Shown: positions 51,529 to 60,810 of the stretch, piece by piece
How the letters are laid out: the number at the start of each line of letters is the position of its first letter
Position numbering within the stretch: the first letter of the stretch is position 1
Assembly: GCA_963743205.1 (NCBI GenBank)
Contig: CAVUOW010000010.1
Span: 11,379-75,378, forward strand
Length of the DNA: 64,000 nucleotides
Direction of reading: 5' to 3'
From: Candidatus Aminicenantes bacterium
GTDB taxonomy: Bacteria; Acidobacteriota; Aminicenantia; Aminicenantales; Saccharicenantaceae
The notes under the pieces: model-generated
What the model saw: only the letters and a program-made list of their open reading frames with translations
What the model was told of the DNA's origin: nothing
Databases searched by the model: none
Made by a program: the position numbers and the translations under genes

Positions 51529-51729
51529 GTGAAGCCCTTCTGTCGGCTTTGCTCGGGTGTCGCCCCTCGCTTCCCCGCACCCCCGGCGGCGGGTAGCGGA
51601 CTCTGGGAAGCGACCCGGCAGAAGTGCGGCGGAGCGACTCGGAGCCGGACTTTGCGAAATATCTGGAGCGAATCTTGGGGTACGGGGACTTCGGGGCGAC
51701 AACCCTCGCCGCCTCCCGAAGGGCTTCAC
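51529..51729 (+). repeat. Structured intergenic repeat, copy B (201-nt imperfect palindrome)
   Basis: Perfect 12-bp termini GTGAAGCCCTTC (51529-51540) / GAAGGGCTTCAC (51718-51729). Inner arms GGTGTCGCCCC.. / ..GGGGCGACAAC. Core hairpin CAGAAGTGCGG-cggagcgactcggag-CCGGACTTTGC (51619-51655). Confidence 0.85.
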
Positions 51730-51746
51730 ACTAAGAAAAAAACCAT

Positions 51747-52823
51747 TTAGAGGATATCTCGGACAGATCCCTTCCGCTTCGTTATCCCCATGCTGTCCAG
51801 CAGCTCGAGCAGGGGGATGCTGTACTTGCGGGATAATCCCGTCATCACCTTGAAGTCGGCGACCGTCAGCTCCCGTTTTCCCGAGCCGCGGACCTTAGCG
51901 ATGATCTCGTCGAGCCAACGCGAGTGGAGGATGAACCCGTCGATCCCCTCGACGATCTTTTTGCGCTCGGCCAGGACGGCGAGCAGGGTCTGAAGCTTCA
52001 ACGGCGTGAGCTTGAGCTTCTCCCGGATGTCGTCCAGGGTGACGCTGCCGAGCTCGCCGCTGAGCACCATGGCTTCGAGCGCGGCCAGCGTCCCTTCGTC
52101 GGCGGTGGACAGCGGAATGCGGAAGTCCGGCAGCCGGACGATGCCCGACTCTTCGACGACCCGGCCTTCCTTGGCCAGGAGGCGGAGGGCCAGGACGAGG
52201 ACCGTGCGCGGCGCCTCGAACCGGGTCTCGAGGTTCTCGAGAGGCGCGCCTCTCTGGGCCGGATGTTTTTTGTGATATTGGACGAGAAAGGAGACGATCC
52301 GGCCGCGGAGAAGATCGAGGCTGGCCTGGGAGATGAGCCGGACGGGTGAGAAGCCGAGGATGCGGACCTTGCCTTCCTCCTCGAGGGCCCGGGCCAGGGT
52401 CTCGACCCGGGAGCGGGACAGCCGGCAGAAGTCGTCCAGGCTCTCGCCCTGCAGGCCCTTGAGCCCGCCGAACTCCGCCAGGGCCAGGATCATGTCTTTT
52501 TCCCCGACGTCGAGCCGGGCCAGGAGGGCCTTGCGCCGCGCGAGCCTGAGCTCCTGCGAGGACGGCGCGCCGGGGAAGAGGCACTTGCCGCGGCCGAGGA
52601 CGTCGCCCCGGACCGTGCGGACCTCGAAGGGATCGGCCCATTTGACGTCCACCGGGCGGTCCGTGAGGACACGGACGAACGGGGCCCTTTTCCGCCCCGG
52701 GGCCGCGTAATCCAGGAACCGGGCTGAGACGCCGCCGCCGAGGAACACGGCCTCGGCCCGGAGCTCGACGCCGGCGGCTCCCAACGGGAAATCGAGGACG
52801 GCGTCGAACATGGGCGCTTTCAT
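51747..52823 (-). CDS. SelB C-terminal-domain protein (domain III plus winged helices), no GTPase domain
   Basis: 358-aa ORF. The C-terminus ELTVADFKVMTGLSRKYSIPLLELLDSMGITKRKGSVRDIL matches the SelB WH4 SECIS-binding module. The N-terminus (..ADPFEVRTVRGDVLGRGKCLFPG) resembles EF-Tu-like domain III. No G1-G4 motifs. ATGA overlap with the rnr stop. Confidence 0.8.
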   Translation of the reverse strand: MKAPMFDAVLDFPLGAAGVELRAEAVFLGGGVSARFLDYAAPGRKRAPFVRVLTDRPVDVKWADPFEVRTVRGDVLGRGKCLFPGAPSSQELRLARRKALLARLDVGEKDMILALAEFGGLKGLQGESLDDFCRLSRSRVETLARALEEEGKVRILGFSPVRLISQASLDLLRGRIVSFLVQYHKKHPAQRGAPLENLETRFEAPRTVLVLALRLLAKEGRVVEESGIVRLPDFRIPLSTADEGTLAALEAMVLSGELGSVTLDDIREKLKLTPLKLQTLLAVLAERKKIVEGIDGFILHSRWLDEIIAKVRGSGKRELTVADFKVMTGLSRKYSIPLLELLDSMGITKRKGSVRDIL

Positions 52824-54905
52824 GGCCGGCGCTCTTCCGGGTCCGCCGCCGGAACGAAGCTCATGCGGCGCAGGGCCAGGTCACAGGACACCAGGACGAC
52901 CCGGACGGAGTCCCCCAGCTCGAACGTCCTCCGGCGCCGTTTGGGCCGGAGCCGCCGGCCCGCGGGCCTGGGCTCATAGTCGCCGCCGAGCGAGGAGAAC
53001 GGCAGGAGGCCGGCCACGAAATAGTCGTCGAGCTCGACCAGGAGCCCGGCCTTAACGATGTCGACGACGATGCCGCCGAACTCGTCGCCGAGGCGGTTTT
53101 TGAGGAAGCGCAGGATGCGCCATTCGACGAGGGACTGTTCCGCGTCGGCGGCGTTGCGCTCCCGCCCGGAGGCCGCGACCGCGGTCGGCTCGAGATCGAC
53201 TCCGTCCGGGGCGGCGCGCCGCAAGAACGCCTTGAGCAGCCGGTGGACCACGAGGTCGGGATAGCGGCGGATGGGCGAAGTGAAGTGGGTGTAGTCGGTC
53301 TTGGCCAGTCCGTAGTGGCCGACGTTCTTGGTCGAGTACACGGCCAGCTTCATCGCCCGCAAGACCTGGCGGCCGATGAACTTCTCCCCGGGAAGCCCCT
53401 TCGCCCGTTCGAGGACGCGCTGGAGGTCCTTGGACCGGACCTTGGCCGGGTCCGGCAGGGTCAGGCCGAAATTGACCAGGATATCGCGCAGCTTCCCGAG
53501 ATCCCCGACGTCGGGGGCGGGATGGACGCGGTAGATCGCCGGGATCTTCTTCGCCGTGAAGGCCGAGGCCACGGCGACGTTGGCGGCGACCATGAATTCC
53601 TCGATGAGACGGTGGGCCTCGTTCCTCTCGGCGGCGGCGACGGCCAGGAGCTTGCCGTTCTCGGAGATGAGCTCGGGCTCGACGAGATCGAAGTCGAGGC
53701 TCCCCTCGGCCAAGCGGCGGGCCCGCAGGACCGCGGCCAGCTCCCGCATGACGAGAAGGCCGGGGACGACGTCGGCATGCCGGGTTCTCTCTTCGGCGTC
53801 CCCTTCGAAGATCCTGAAGACCGAGGTGTAGGTCATGCGATGGGCCGTGCGGATGATCGAGGGCGTGAATTCCGACTTGCGGACGCGGCCCTCCTTGTCG
53901 ATATCGAGGATCGCGGAGACCGTCAGCCGGGGCTCGCGGGGGCGCAGGCTGCAGAGCCCGTTCGAGAGTCGCTCGGGAAGCATCGGCAGGGTCAAGTCGG
54001 GAAAATAGACGCTCGTCCCCCGCTCGAAGGCTTCGCGGTCGAGGGGGCTCCCGGGCTTGACGTAGTGGGAGACATCGGCGATGTGGACGCCGAGAAGCCA
54101 GCCGCCGTCGTCAAGCTGCCGGATGCTCACGGCGTCGTCGAAAGTCCTGGGCCTTTTCCCCGTCGATCGTCACCGTCGGCCAGCCGCGGAAATCGCGCCG
54201 GCCTTCGAGGACCGCGGCGGCATCGAGGTCGGGGATCTCCTCGGCTTCGCGGCGGACGTCCTCGGGGAACTCGGACCTGAGGCCATAGCGCTGGATGACG
54301 ACCCGGGCATCGACCCCGGGATCGTCGGGCCGCCCGAAGACGCGGGTCAGGGCGAGCGTCGCCCGGTCGGCTTCGACGATCATGCCCGGCTCGGGCTTGA
54401 GCTTGGAGCGCGACTTCAGGGGGATGTCGTCCACGGAGGGCGAGTCGAAGGGTTGGAGATAGGGCGCGCCGCCCCGTTCGATATAGACGCCGAGGAGCCC
54501 CTGCCGCTGCTTCTTGAGGATGCGCTCGATGCGTCCCTCGGGCTTGCCGAACTTGCCTTCCTCGCGGACGACGACCATCACCTCGTCTCCCGGCAGGGCG
54601 CCGCGGGTGTCCCGGGCCGGAACGAAGATGTCTCCTCCCCCGCCTTCGGGAGTGACGAAGCCGAATCCGGGACGGGCCGTGACGAACCGCCCCCGGACGA
54701 GGCCGGTCTTTTCGGCCAGCCGGAAGCGGCCGCGAAGCGAACGGACCTCGCCCCGGGCCACGAGCCGGCGCATCTCCTCCTGGAGCTTGGCCCTGTCGCG
54801 GCGTTTGAGGCCGAGCTCGGACAGGATCTTCTCCAGGTCGAGACCTTCCTTGTGTTTTTTGAGGAGGGCGAGCACTCGGAAAGCGGGCATGATGTTGTCT
54901 TTCAA
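52820..54905 (-). pseudogene. rnr: Ribonuclease R, one frame disruption (probable assembly indel)
   Basis: The N-terminal ORF 54111..54905 (HTH/cold-shock-like) ends ..TIDGEKAQDF, then shifts. ORF 52820..54130 continues with ..IRQLDDGGWLLGVHIADVSHYV (RNB) through the S1 domain. Removing one T from the TTT (plus-strand AAA 54141-54143) restores DFDDAVSIRQL. Length is 3n+1. Confidence 0.9.
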
Positions 54906-55540
54906 TAATAATGAAGGGAGACGTGCGGGACGCGGCGCCGGAGCCGGGCCGTCATGACGACACGCCGGCGGACCTCATCGTCGAGGTCGCCGGGTCTCTG
55001 GCCTCCGGCCGTTTTCACGGCTTCGGCCCGGGCCTCGGCTCTTTCGGCGGCCGTCGTCCCGGTCCAGAGAGCGTCTTCGATCTCCGTCTCGATCCGCTCG
55101 AGCACGGCCGCGTCCGGCCGGGCCGCGGACAAGGCCTCGAGGGCCGCATGGAGCAGGCGCGCCATCTCCGGATCCGCGGCGGAAAGCGCTTCGGCGGCCT
55201 TGGCGATCTCCCGGCCGGCCTTGCCCTTCTTGTCGGCCCGAGGGGCGGCCTCCGCGGTCTTTCTCCGGCCGGCGATGCGGTCCCGATGCTGGGCGAAGGC
55301 CGCTTCGACCTCGCGGTCGCAGAAAGCGAGGGAGATCGATCGCGTGGCCCGTCCCCGGGCCTTGAGCCCTTCGAAGGTCCGGCCGATGCCCTCGAGAACG
55401 ACGCTCAGGGGGATCCTCTTCTCTTCCCAGACGGCGATGGCGGCCTGATCTTTCGGCGAGAGGACGAGCGCGCCGCGGCGGCGCTCGAGAAAAGCGCGGG
55501 CGATCTCCTGATAGTAGCCGCTCTGTCCGCTGTCGTCCAT
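54902..55540 (-). CDS. Hypothetical protein (Ala/Arg-rich, helical)
   Basis: 212-aa ORF whose stop overlaps the rnr start. N-terminal YYQEIARAFLERRRGALVLSPKDQAAIAVWEEKRIPLSVVLEGI is reminiscent of DnaD-like helical repeats. That resemblance is not established. Confidence 0.5.
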   Translation of the reverse strand: MDDSGQSGYYQEIARAFLERRRGALVLSPKDQAAIAVWEEKRIPLSVVLEGIGRTFEGLKARGRATRSISLAFCDREVEAAFAQHRDRIAGRRKTAEAAPRADKKGKAGREIAKAAEALSAADPEMARLLHAALEALSAARPDAAVLERIETEIEDALWTGTTAAERAEARAEAVKTAGGQRPGDLDDEVRRRVVMTARLRRRVPHVSLHYY

Positions 55541-55561
55541 GGTGGTGCCCGGCGCCCCCGG

Positions 55562-56338
55562 TCAATCCCGGTCGTCGCGGTTCCTGTCGTGGATGATCCT
55601 CAGGCCTTCGAGGACGAGATCGGGCTCGTAGGCGTCGATCTCGGCAAGCTCCGAAGTGATCTGACCGCCGTAGCCGCCCGTGGCGACGACCCGGGCCTTC
55701 GGGCCGAGCTCTTTGCGGATCTCCTCGATCGTCTTCGTGACCAGGCCGATGTAGCCGAAATAGAGCCCGGATTGCATGCTGGACACGGTCGTTCGGCCGA
55801 TGGCCCGCTTGGGCTTGCGGATCTCGATGCGCGGCAGCTTGGCCGTCTTGAGATAGAGGGCCTCGGCCGAGATCTGGATGCCCGGGGCGATGGCCCCGCC
55901 CAGGTACTCGCCCTTGGCCGAAACGGCGTCGAACGTCGTCGCCGTGCCGAAATCGAGGATGATGACGGGTCCGCCATACTTCTCGAAGGCGGCGACCGCG
56001 GCGGTGATGCGGTCGGCCCCGACCTCGAGCGGGGTCTCGTAAAGGATGGGCATGCCCGTCTTGAGGCCAGGGCCGACGACGCTGGCCGTCGTCGTGAAAT
56101 AGGTCCGGCAGACCTCTTCGATGACAGGTGTCAGAGGAGGGACGACGCTCGAGATGATGGCCGCCGTGATCTTGCTGGCGGCGAGGCCGGAGACTTGCAT
56201 CAGGTTGAGGAAGGTGACGCCGTATTCGTCGCTCGTCTTGCCGCTGTCGGTCTTGATCTTCCAGCTTTTGACGAGCTTGCGGCCGCGGAACAGACCGATG
56301 GCGATCGTCGTGTTCCCGATATCGAATGCCAAGAGCAT
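55562..56338 (-). CDS. coaX: Type III pantothenate kinase
   Basis: 258-aa ORF. MLLAFDIGNTTIAIGLF, ILDFGTATTFD, ATGGYG. Confidence 0.93.
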   Translation of the reverse strand: MLLAFDIGNTTIAIGLFRGRKLVKSWKIKTDSGKTSDEYGVTFLNLMQVSGLAASKITAAIISSVVPPLTPVIEEVCRTYFTTTASVVGPGLKTGMPILYETPLEVGADRITAAVAAFEKYGGPVIILDFGTATTFDAVSAKGEYLGGAIAPGIQISAEALYLKTAKLPRIEIRKPKRAIGRTTVSSMQSGLYFGYIGLVTKTIEEIRKELGPKARVVATGGYGGQITSELAEIDAYEPDLVLEGLRIIHDRNRDDRD

Positions 56339-56349
56339 CTCGCGCCTCC

Positions 56350-57108
56350 TCAGGAGATCCGTTCGAGCTTCAGGACGGCATCAAGGGCAACTGTCCCGGC
56401 CCCGGCCCGCGCGACGACGAGACGGCCTTCCGCGTCGAGCCCGAGGTATTCCGCGTCAAAGGCTCCCTCGGCCGTCTCGACCCTCACGGCCGAGCCCCGG
56501 GGAAACGCCGGCCTCGATTCGAACGTCCTGATGACCTTCTCCTTGTCTCCCCGGGTAAGGACATTATACCAGCGGTCGAGGGCCCCGCAAAGGGCGGACG
56601 AGAGGGCGTCGACCGTCACGGCGCGCCCGCCGGCGATCCGGATGGACGTCGAGGCCGCGCGGATCGCTTCGGGGAAATCGTCCGGCTCGTGGCCGACGTT
56701 GAGGCCGATGCCAACGACGGCGAAGTCTCCGCCGGCTCCCCCGCTGACCCCTTCGGACAGGATGCCGCCGAGCTTCTTCCCGCCGTGGACGATGTCGTTC
56801 GGCCACTTGAGCCCGCACTCGACCCCGCTCGTTTCGAGGACCGCGTCCGAGGCGGCCAGCCCGGCGGCGAGAGGAATGAGATGCGGAGACGGCAGGGCCC
56901 CGCCGCCCGGGCCGCGGAGGATGAACGAGGCATAAAGCCCCAGGCCTGCGGGCGAATGCCAGGCGCGCCCTTTCGTGCCGCGTCCACGGGTTTGTTCTTT
57001 GGCCAGGACCGCCGTCCCGTGGGCCGCCCCCTGAAGGGCGAGTGCGCGGGCGGAGTCGTTCGTCGAGGGAACCGTCTCGAACCGATGGACGATGGCGCCG
57101 ACGGGCAT
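56350..57108 (-). CDS. birA: Biotin--[acetyl-CoA-carboxylase] ligase
   Basis: This is the last 252 codons of ORF 56350..59703, from the ATG at 57108. Motifs TVPSTNDSA, EQTRGRGTKGRAWHSP, GLKWPNDI. No N-terminal HTH, so a group I ligase. Confidence 0.9.
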   Translation of the reverse strand: MPVGAIVHRFETVPSTNDSARALALQGAAHGTAVLAKEQTRGRGTKGRAWHSPAGLGLYASFILRGPGGGALPSPHLIPLAAGLAASDAVLETSGVECGLKWPNDIVHGGKKLGGILSEGVSGGAGGDFAVVGIGLNVGHEPDDFPEAIRAASTSIRIAGGRAVTVDALSSALCGALDRWYNVLTRGDKEKVIRTFESRPAFPRGSAVRVETAEGAFDAEYLGLDAEGRLVVARAGAGTVALDAVLKLERIS

Positions 57109-57125
57109 GGCTTCGGCTTCGGGGC

Positions 57126-59759
57126 TCAAGCCCCGGCCAGCCCGGCCAGGTTCTGGCCGAGCTTGTCCCGGCGGGCCTGCAGCTCGTCGAGCCGGGCCCG
57201 CGTCTCGGCCACGACGGCGGCCGGCGCCTTGGCGACGAAGTCGGCGTTCGCGAGCTTGCGCTCGATCTTCTCGGCTTCCGCCGCGATCTTGGCCAGCTCC
57301 CGTTGGAGCCGGTCCCGTTCCTGGCCGATGTCCGCCGGCTTTCCCGGAACGAGGCCGATCTCGAAGGGGCCGGCGACGCCCTTGAGCAGCCCCTCGCCTT
57401 CCGGGAGCCCAGTCGCGAATTCGAGGCTGGCCAGACCCGCCAGCGTGCTCACGGACGCGGCCTGGGCCTCGAGGGCGGCCGTCTCTTCGGCGCCGGCGGA
57501 CTTGACGATGAGCCGGAGCTTGTCCTTGGGCGCGATCTTGTTCCCGGCCCGGATCGTCCGGGTCTCGACGATGACCGCCTGGACGAGGGCCATGGCCTTC
57601 TCGGCGGCCTCGTCCTTCCAGCCCTGTTCGGGAACGGGGAAGGCCGCGACGGCGATCGACTTCCCGGCGCCCGGAAGATGCTGCCAGATCTCCTCGGTGA
57701 TGAAGGGCATGAAGGGGTGGAGGAGCTTCAGGATGCGGTCGAGGGCGTCGGCCAGGACGGCCTCGGTCGTCGCCCGGCCCTCGCGCAGGCCGACCTTGGC
57801 GAACTCGATGTACCAGTCGCAGAACTCGTGCCAGACGAAATGATAGATGAGGTCGGCCGCCTCGTAGAACTTGTATTCGCCGAGGCTCGCGTCGAGCGCG
57901 GCTGTGATCGCGCTCAGCCGGCTGCGGATCCAGCGGTCGGCGAGAGTCAGCTCCGATTCCCGGACCTCGGGCCGTTCGGTCTTGAGGTTCATGAGGACGA
58001 AGCGCGAGGCGTTCCAGATCTTGTTGGCGAAGGCTTGGTAGCCGGCCATGCGCTCCTCGGACAAGGCCAGGTCCATGCCCGGCACGGCCAAGGCCGCCAG
58101 GGTGAAGCGCAGCGCGTCCGTGCCGTACTTGTCGATCATCTCCAGGGGGTCGATGATATTGCCTTCCGACTTGCTCATCTTGCGCCTGTTGAGGTCGCGG
58201 ACGAGGCCGTTGATGAAAACCTGGCGGAAGGGGATCTGTCCCCGGAACTTGAGGCCCATCATGATCATACGGGCGACCCAGAAAAAGATGATATCGAACC
58301 CGGTCGACATCAGGTCGGTCGGATAAAAGGCCCGCAGGTCCTCCGTATCGTCGGGCCAGCCGAGCGTCCCGAACGGCCACAGGGCCGAGGAGAACCACGT
58401 ATCGAGAACGTCCTCGTCCTGGTCGACCGGCCCGCCGCACTTGTCGCACTTCTCGGGAGGCTCCATGGCCACGATAATCCGGCCGCAATCGCGGCAGTAC
58501 CAGGCCGGGATGCGGTGGCCCCACCAGAGCTGGCGCGATATGCACCAGTCGTGGATGTTGTACATCCATTCGAAATAGGTCTTGGCCCAGTTCCCCGGGA
58601 TGAATTCGATCGAGCCGTCCTCGACGACGCGGATGGCCTCGTCGGCGAGCGGCTTGATGCGGACGAACCACTGCCACGACAGGTGGGGCTCGATGATGTT
58701 CTGACAGCGGTAGCAGTGGCCGACGGCATGGTCGTGGTCCTCGATCTTGACGAGGAGCCCCAGCTCCTTGAGCTTTTCGACGACCTTGGCCCGGGCGGCG
58801 AAGCGATCGAGGCCGGCGAAGTCCGGACCGGCCTCTTCGGTCATTTTGCCCGAACCGTCGATGACGATGATCTGCGCCAGGCCGTGCTTCTTGCCGAGCT
58901 CGAAGTCGACCGGGTCGTGGGCCGGAGTGACCTTGACCGCCCCGGTGCCGAAATCGCGCTCGACCCGCTCGTCGGTGATGACCGGGATGGACCGGTTCTG
59001 GATAGGCAGGATGATCCGCTTGCCGTGAAGGTGCCGGTAGCGCTCGTCGTCCGGGTGGACGGCGACGGCGGTGTCGCCGAGCATCGTCTCGGGCCGCGTC
59101 GTGGCCACGGTGACGGACTCGTCCGATCCTTCGACGGTATAGCGGACGTACCAGAGCTTGCCGCGCACGTCCTTGTGCTCGATCTCGATGTCCGAGAGCA
59201 CCGTCCGGCAGTGCGGGCAGCGGTTGACGAGGAAGTAATCGCGGTAGATCAGCCCCTCGTTGTAGAGCGAGACGAAGACCTGGATGACGGCCCGGCTGAA
59301 GCCCTCGTCCATGGTGAAGCGCTCGCGCGACCAGTCGAGCGAGGCGCCGAGCTTCTTGAGCTGTCCGGTGATCACGCCGGCATACTTGTCTTTCCAGTCC
59401 CAGGCGATGCGGAGGAATTCCTCGCGGCCGATCTTCTCCCGGGTCAGGCCCTTTTCGGCCAGCCGCTTCTCGATGACGTTGTGGACGGCGATCGAGGCGT
59501 GGTCGGTCCCGGGCAGCCACATGCAGTTGTAGCCCTGCATCCGCTTCCAACGGGTGATGATGTCCGGCAGGGTGAAGCACAGGGCGTGGCCCATATGGAG
59601 GATGCCGGTGACGTTCGCCGGCGGCAGGACCATCGAGAACTTGGGCTTCGAGGACTTGGGGTCGCCGACGAAGAGTCCCTCGTCGAGCCAGAATTGCCCC
59701 CATTTATCTTCGACCGGCTTGGGGTCGTAGGCTTTGGCCAGTTCGTCTTTCGTGTTCAT
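57126..59759 (-). CDS. valS: Valine--tRNA ligase
   Basis: Start at MNTKDELAKAYDPKPVEDKW (ATG 59759; an alternative ATG is at 59774). HMGHAL (HIGH) and KMSKS motifs, C-terminal coiled coil. Confidence 0.96.
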   Translation of the reverse strand: MNTKDELAKAYDPKPVEDKWGQFWLDEGLFVGDPKSSKPKFSMVLPPANVTGILHMGHALCFTLPDIITRWKRMQGYNCMWLPGTDHASIAVHNVIEKRLAEKGLTREKIGREEFLRIAWDWKDKYAGVITGQLKKLGASLDWSRERFTMDEGFSRAVIQVFVSLYNEGLIYRDYFLVNRCPHCRTVLSDIEIEHKDVRGKLWYVRYTVEGSDESVTVATTRPETMLGDTAVAVHPDDERYRHLHGKRIILPIQNRSIPVITDERVERDFGTGAVKVTPAHDPVDFELGKKHGLAQIIVIDGSGKMTEEAGPDFAGLDRFAARAKVVEKLKELGLLVKIEDHDHAVGHCYRCQNIIEPHLSWQWFVRIKPLADEAIRVVEDGSIEFIPGNWAKTYFEWMYNIHDWCISRQLWWGHRIPAWYCRDCGRIIVAMEPPEKCDKCGGPVDQDEDVLDTWFSSALWPFGTLGWPDDTEDLRAFYPTDLMSTGFDIIFFWVARMIMMGLKFRGQIPFRQVFINGLVRDLNRRKMSKSEGNIIDPLEMIDKYGTDALRFTLAALAVPGMDLALSEERMAGYQAFANKIWNASRFVLMNLKTERPEVRESELTLADRWIRSRLSAITAALDASLGEYKFYEAADLIYHFVWHEFCDWYIEFAKVGLREGRATTEAVLADALDRILKLLHPFMPFITEEIWQHLPGAGKSIAVAAFPVPEQGWKDEAAEKAMALVQAVIVETRTIRAGNKIAPKDKLRLIVKSAGAEETAALEAQAASVSTLAGLASLEFATGLPEGEGLLKGVAGPFEIGLVPGKPADIGQERDRLQRELAKIAAEAEKIERKLANADFVAKAPAAVVAETRARLDELQARRDKLGQNLAGLAGA

Positions 59760-60347
59760 GATTTCGACATCCATTCCTTGAGGTCGGCCAGGACGCGGGC
59801 CCGGACGCGCTTCTCGATCTCCCGCTCCATGTCGACGATCTCCTCGCGGACGATCTCCCGGACGCGTGGCCCCTCGCCGGCCTGTGAGGACGGGGCTGAC
59901 GCCCCATGCGGGGCTGCTCCGGGACCGCGGGATTCGCCGGACCAGACGGGCTCCTCGGGCAGGGACGACGGTCCCGGTCTTGCGGGCGATGAGCTCGCGG
60001 ACGACGGCCGTCAGGCGCTCCGAATCGAACGGCTTGGCCACGACGTCGTCGTAATCCGGGGGAACGGTCCTGTCGCCGTCGATGCACTCGAAGGCGCCGC
60101 GCAGGCCGATGAGCGGCACCGCCGCCAGATCCTTGCGGCTCCTCAGGGTGTGCGCGACCTCGTAGCCGTCCCGGCCCGGGAGCGTCAGGCTGACGAGGAG
60201 CGCATCCGGACCGACGCCGGCCACGGATTCGAGGAGCGAGGCCCCGTCGTCGAAGACGAAGACCCGGAATTCAGGCTCCGCGAAGGCCAGCTGGGCCGCC
60301 TTCTGGACCGAAGGGCTGGGGTCGGCCACGATGATCTTGTAAGGCAC
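59756..60347 (-). pseudogene. Stand-alone receiver-domain protein with helical tail; one frame disruption; atypical acceptor site
   Basis: GTG start with SD GAGGA. The receiver fold (KIIVADPSPS.., DALLVSLTLPGRDGYEV, VVAKPF) is in the frame that runs on into valS. The sensible C-terminus (..PRVREIVREEIVDMEREIEKRVRARVLADLKEWMSKS) is in another frame and stops in an ATGA overlap with the valS ATG. The shift lies somewhere in 59880-59985. Length is 3n+1. Confidence 0.7.
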
Positions 60348-60382
60348 GGTAATCCTCAGAAAAGCAAGAAAATAGTCAGTTT

Positions 60383-60411
60383 ACTGTACCCGTTTTGAGC
60401 AGGGGTGTCAA
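60383..60411 (-). promoter_or_regulatory. Putative sigma70-type promoter for the receiver-valS transcription unit
   Basis: Minus strand reads TTGACA-N17-TACAGT, about 30 nt upstream of SD GAGGA and the GTG at 60347. Confidence 0.45.
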
Positions 60412-60509
60412 TCTGAAGGAAACCGGACGACCACGGTTCCCGGGCTGCCGTGCCCTCTTCCCTCTCCGGAGCTGTCAGTTGACATCCCTTTTTTGGTTCT
60501 TCTCCCGAT

Positions 60510-60655
60510 TCCGGGAGGTCCCTCTCTCCGGCTTGGCTCAGGGTATCGCCTCTACCCCCCCGGCCCCCCGGCGGCGGGAAGCGGACTCTTGGGAGCGACC
60601 CGGCAGAATCGGGGCTGAGCACTCGAAGCCGCGATTCTGCGAAATATCCTAGAAG
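60510..60655 (+). repeat. Structured intergenic repeat, copy C1
   Basis: tccgggaggtccctctc..gggtatcgcc..ccggcggcgggaagcggactcttgggagcgaccc, then hairpin CAGAATCG(G)GG-ctgagcactcgaag-CC(G)CGATTCTG (60604-60639), then cgaaatatcctagaag. Confidence 0.85.
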
Positions 60656-60664
60656 AGCATTTCA

Positions 60665-60810
60665 CGAAGATATTTCCCAGAAGTATGGCTCCGAGTCGCT
60701 CCGCCATACTTCTGATGGTCGCTTCGACGACTCCGCTCCCTGCCGGTCCCCCCTCCACCACGGGGATCTGCGAGGCGACACCCATCGCCGCCGCGAGAGG
60801 GAAACCCGGA
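60665..60810 (-). repeat. Structured intergenic repeat, copy C2 (inverted, tail-to-tail with C1)
   Basis: The reverse complement aligns with copy A and copy B: ..gggtgtcgcc..ccggcagggagcggagtcgtcgaagcgaccat. Hairpin is CAGAAGTATGG-cggagcgactcggag-CCATACTTCTG (60678-60714), followed by ggaaatatcttcg. Confidence 0.85.

Noticed and set aside
51529-51729. Copy B considered as a bidirectional intrinsic terminator or as 6S RNA (a long imperfect hairpin of about 200 nt).
   Set aside because: No U-tract follows the stem in either sense. The core also occurs in three other copies in the window, which does not fit a single-copy 6S gene. I could not identify a 6S-like central bubble with confidence.
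56350-59703. 1117-aa minus-strand ORF spanning valS and birA.
   Set aside because: Only the last 252 codons (BirA, from the ATG at 57108) look like protein. The rest is an out-of-frame shadow of valS.
57126-60347. Apparent 1073-aa receiver-ValRS fusion protein.
   Set aside because: The 70 residues linking the two parts are Arg/Gly/Pro junk. A different frame gives a sensible helical tail ending in a stop that overlaps the valS ATG. ValRS has its own canonical N-terminus (MNTKDELAKAYDPKPVEDKW).
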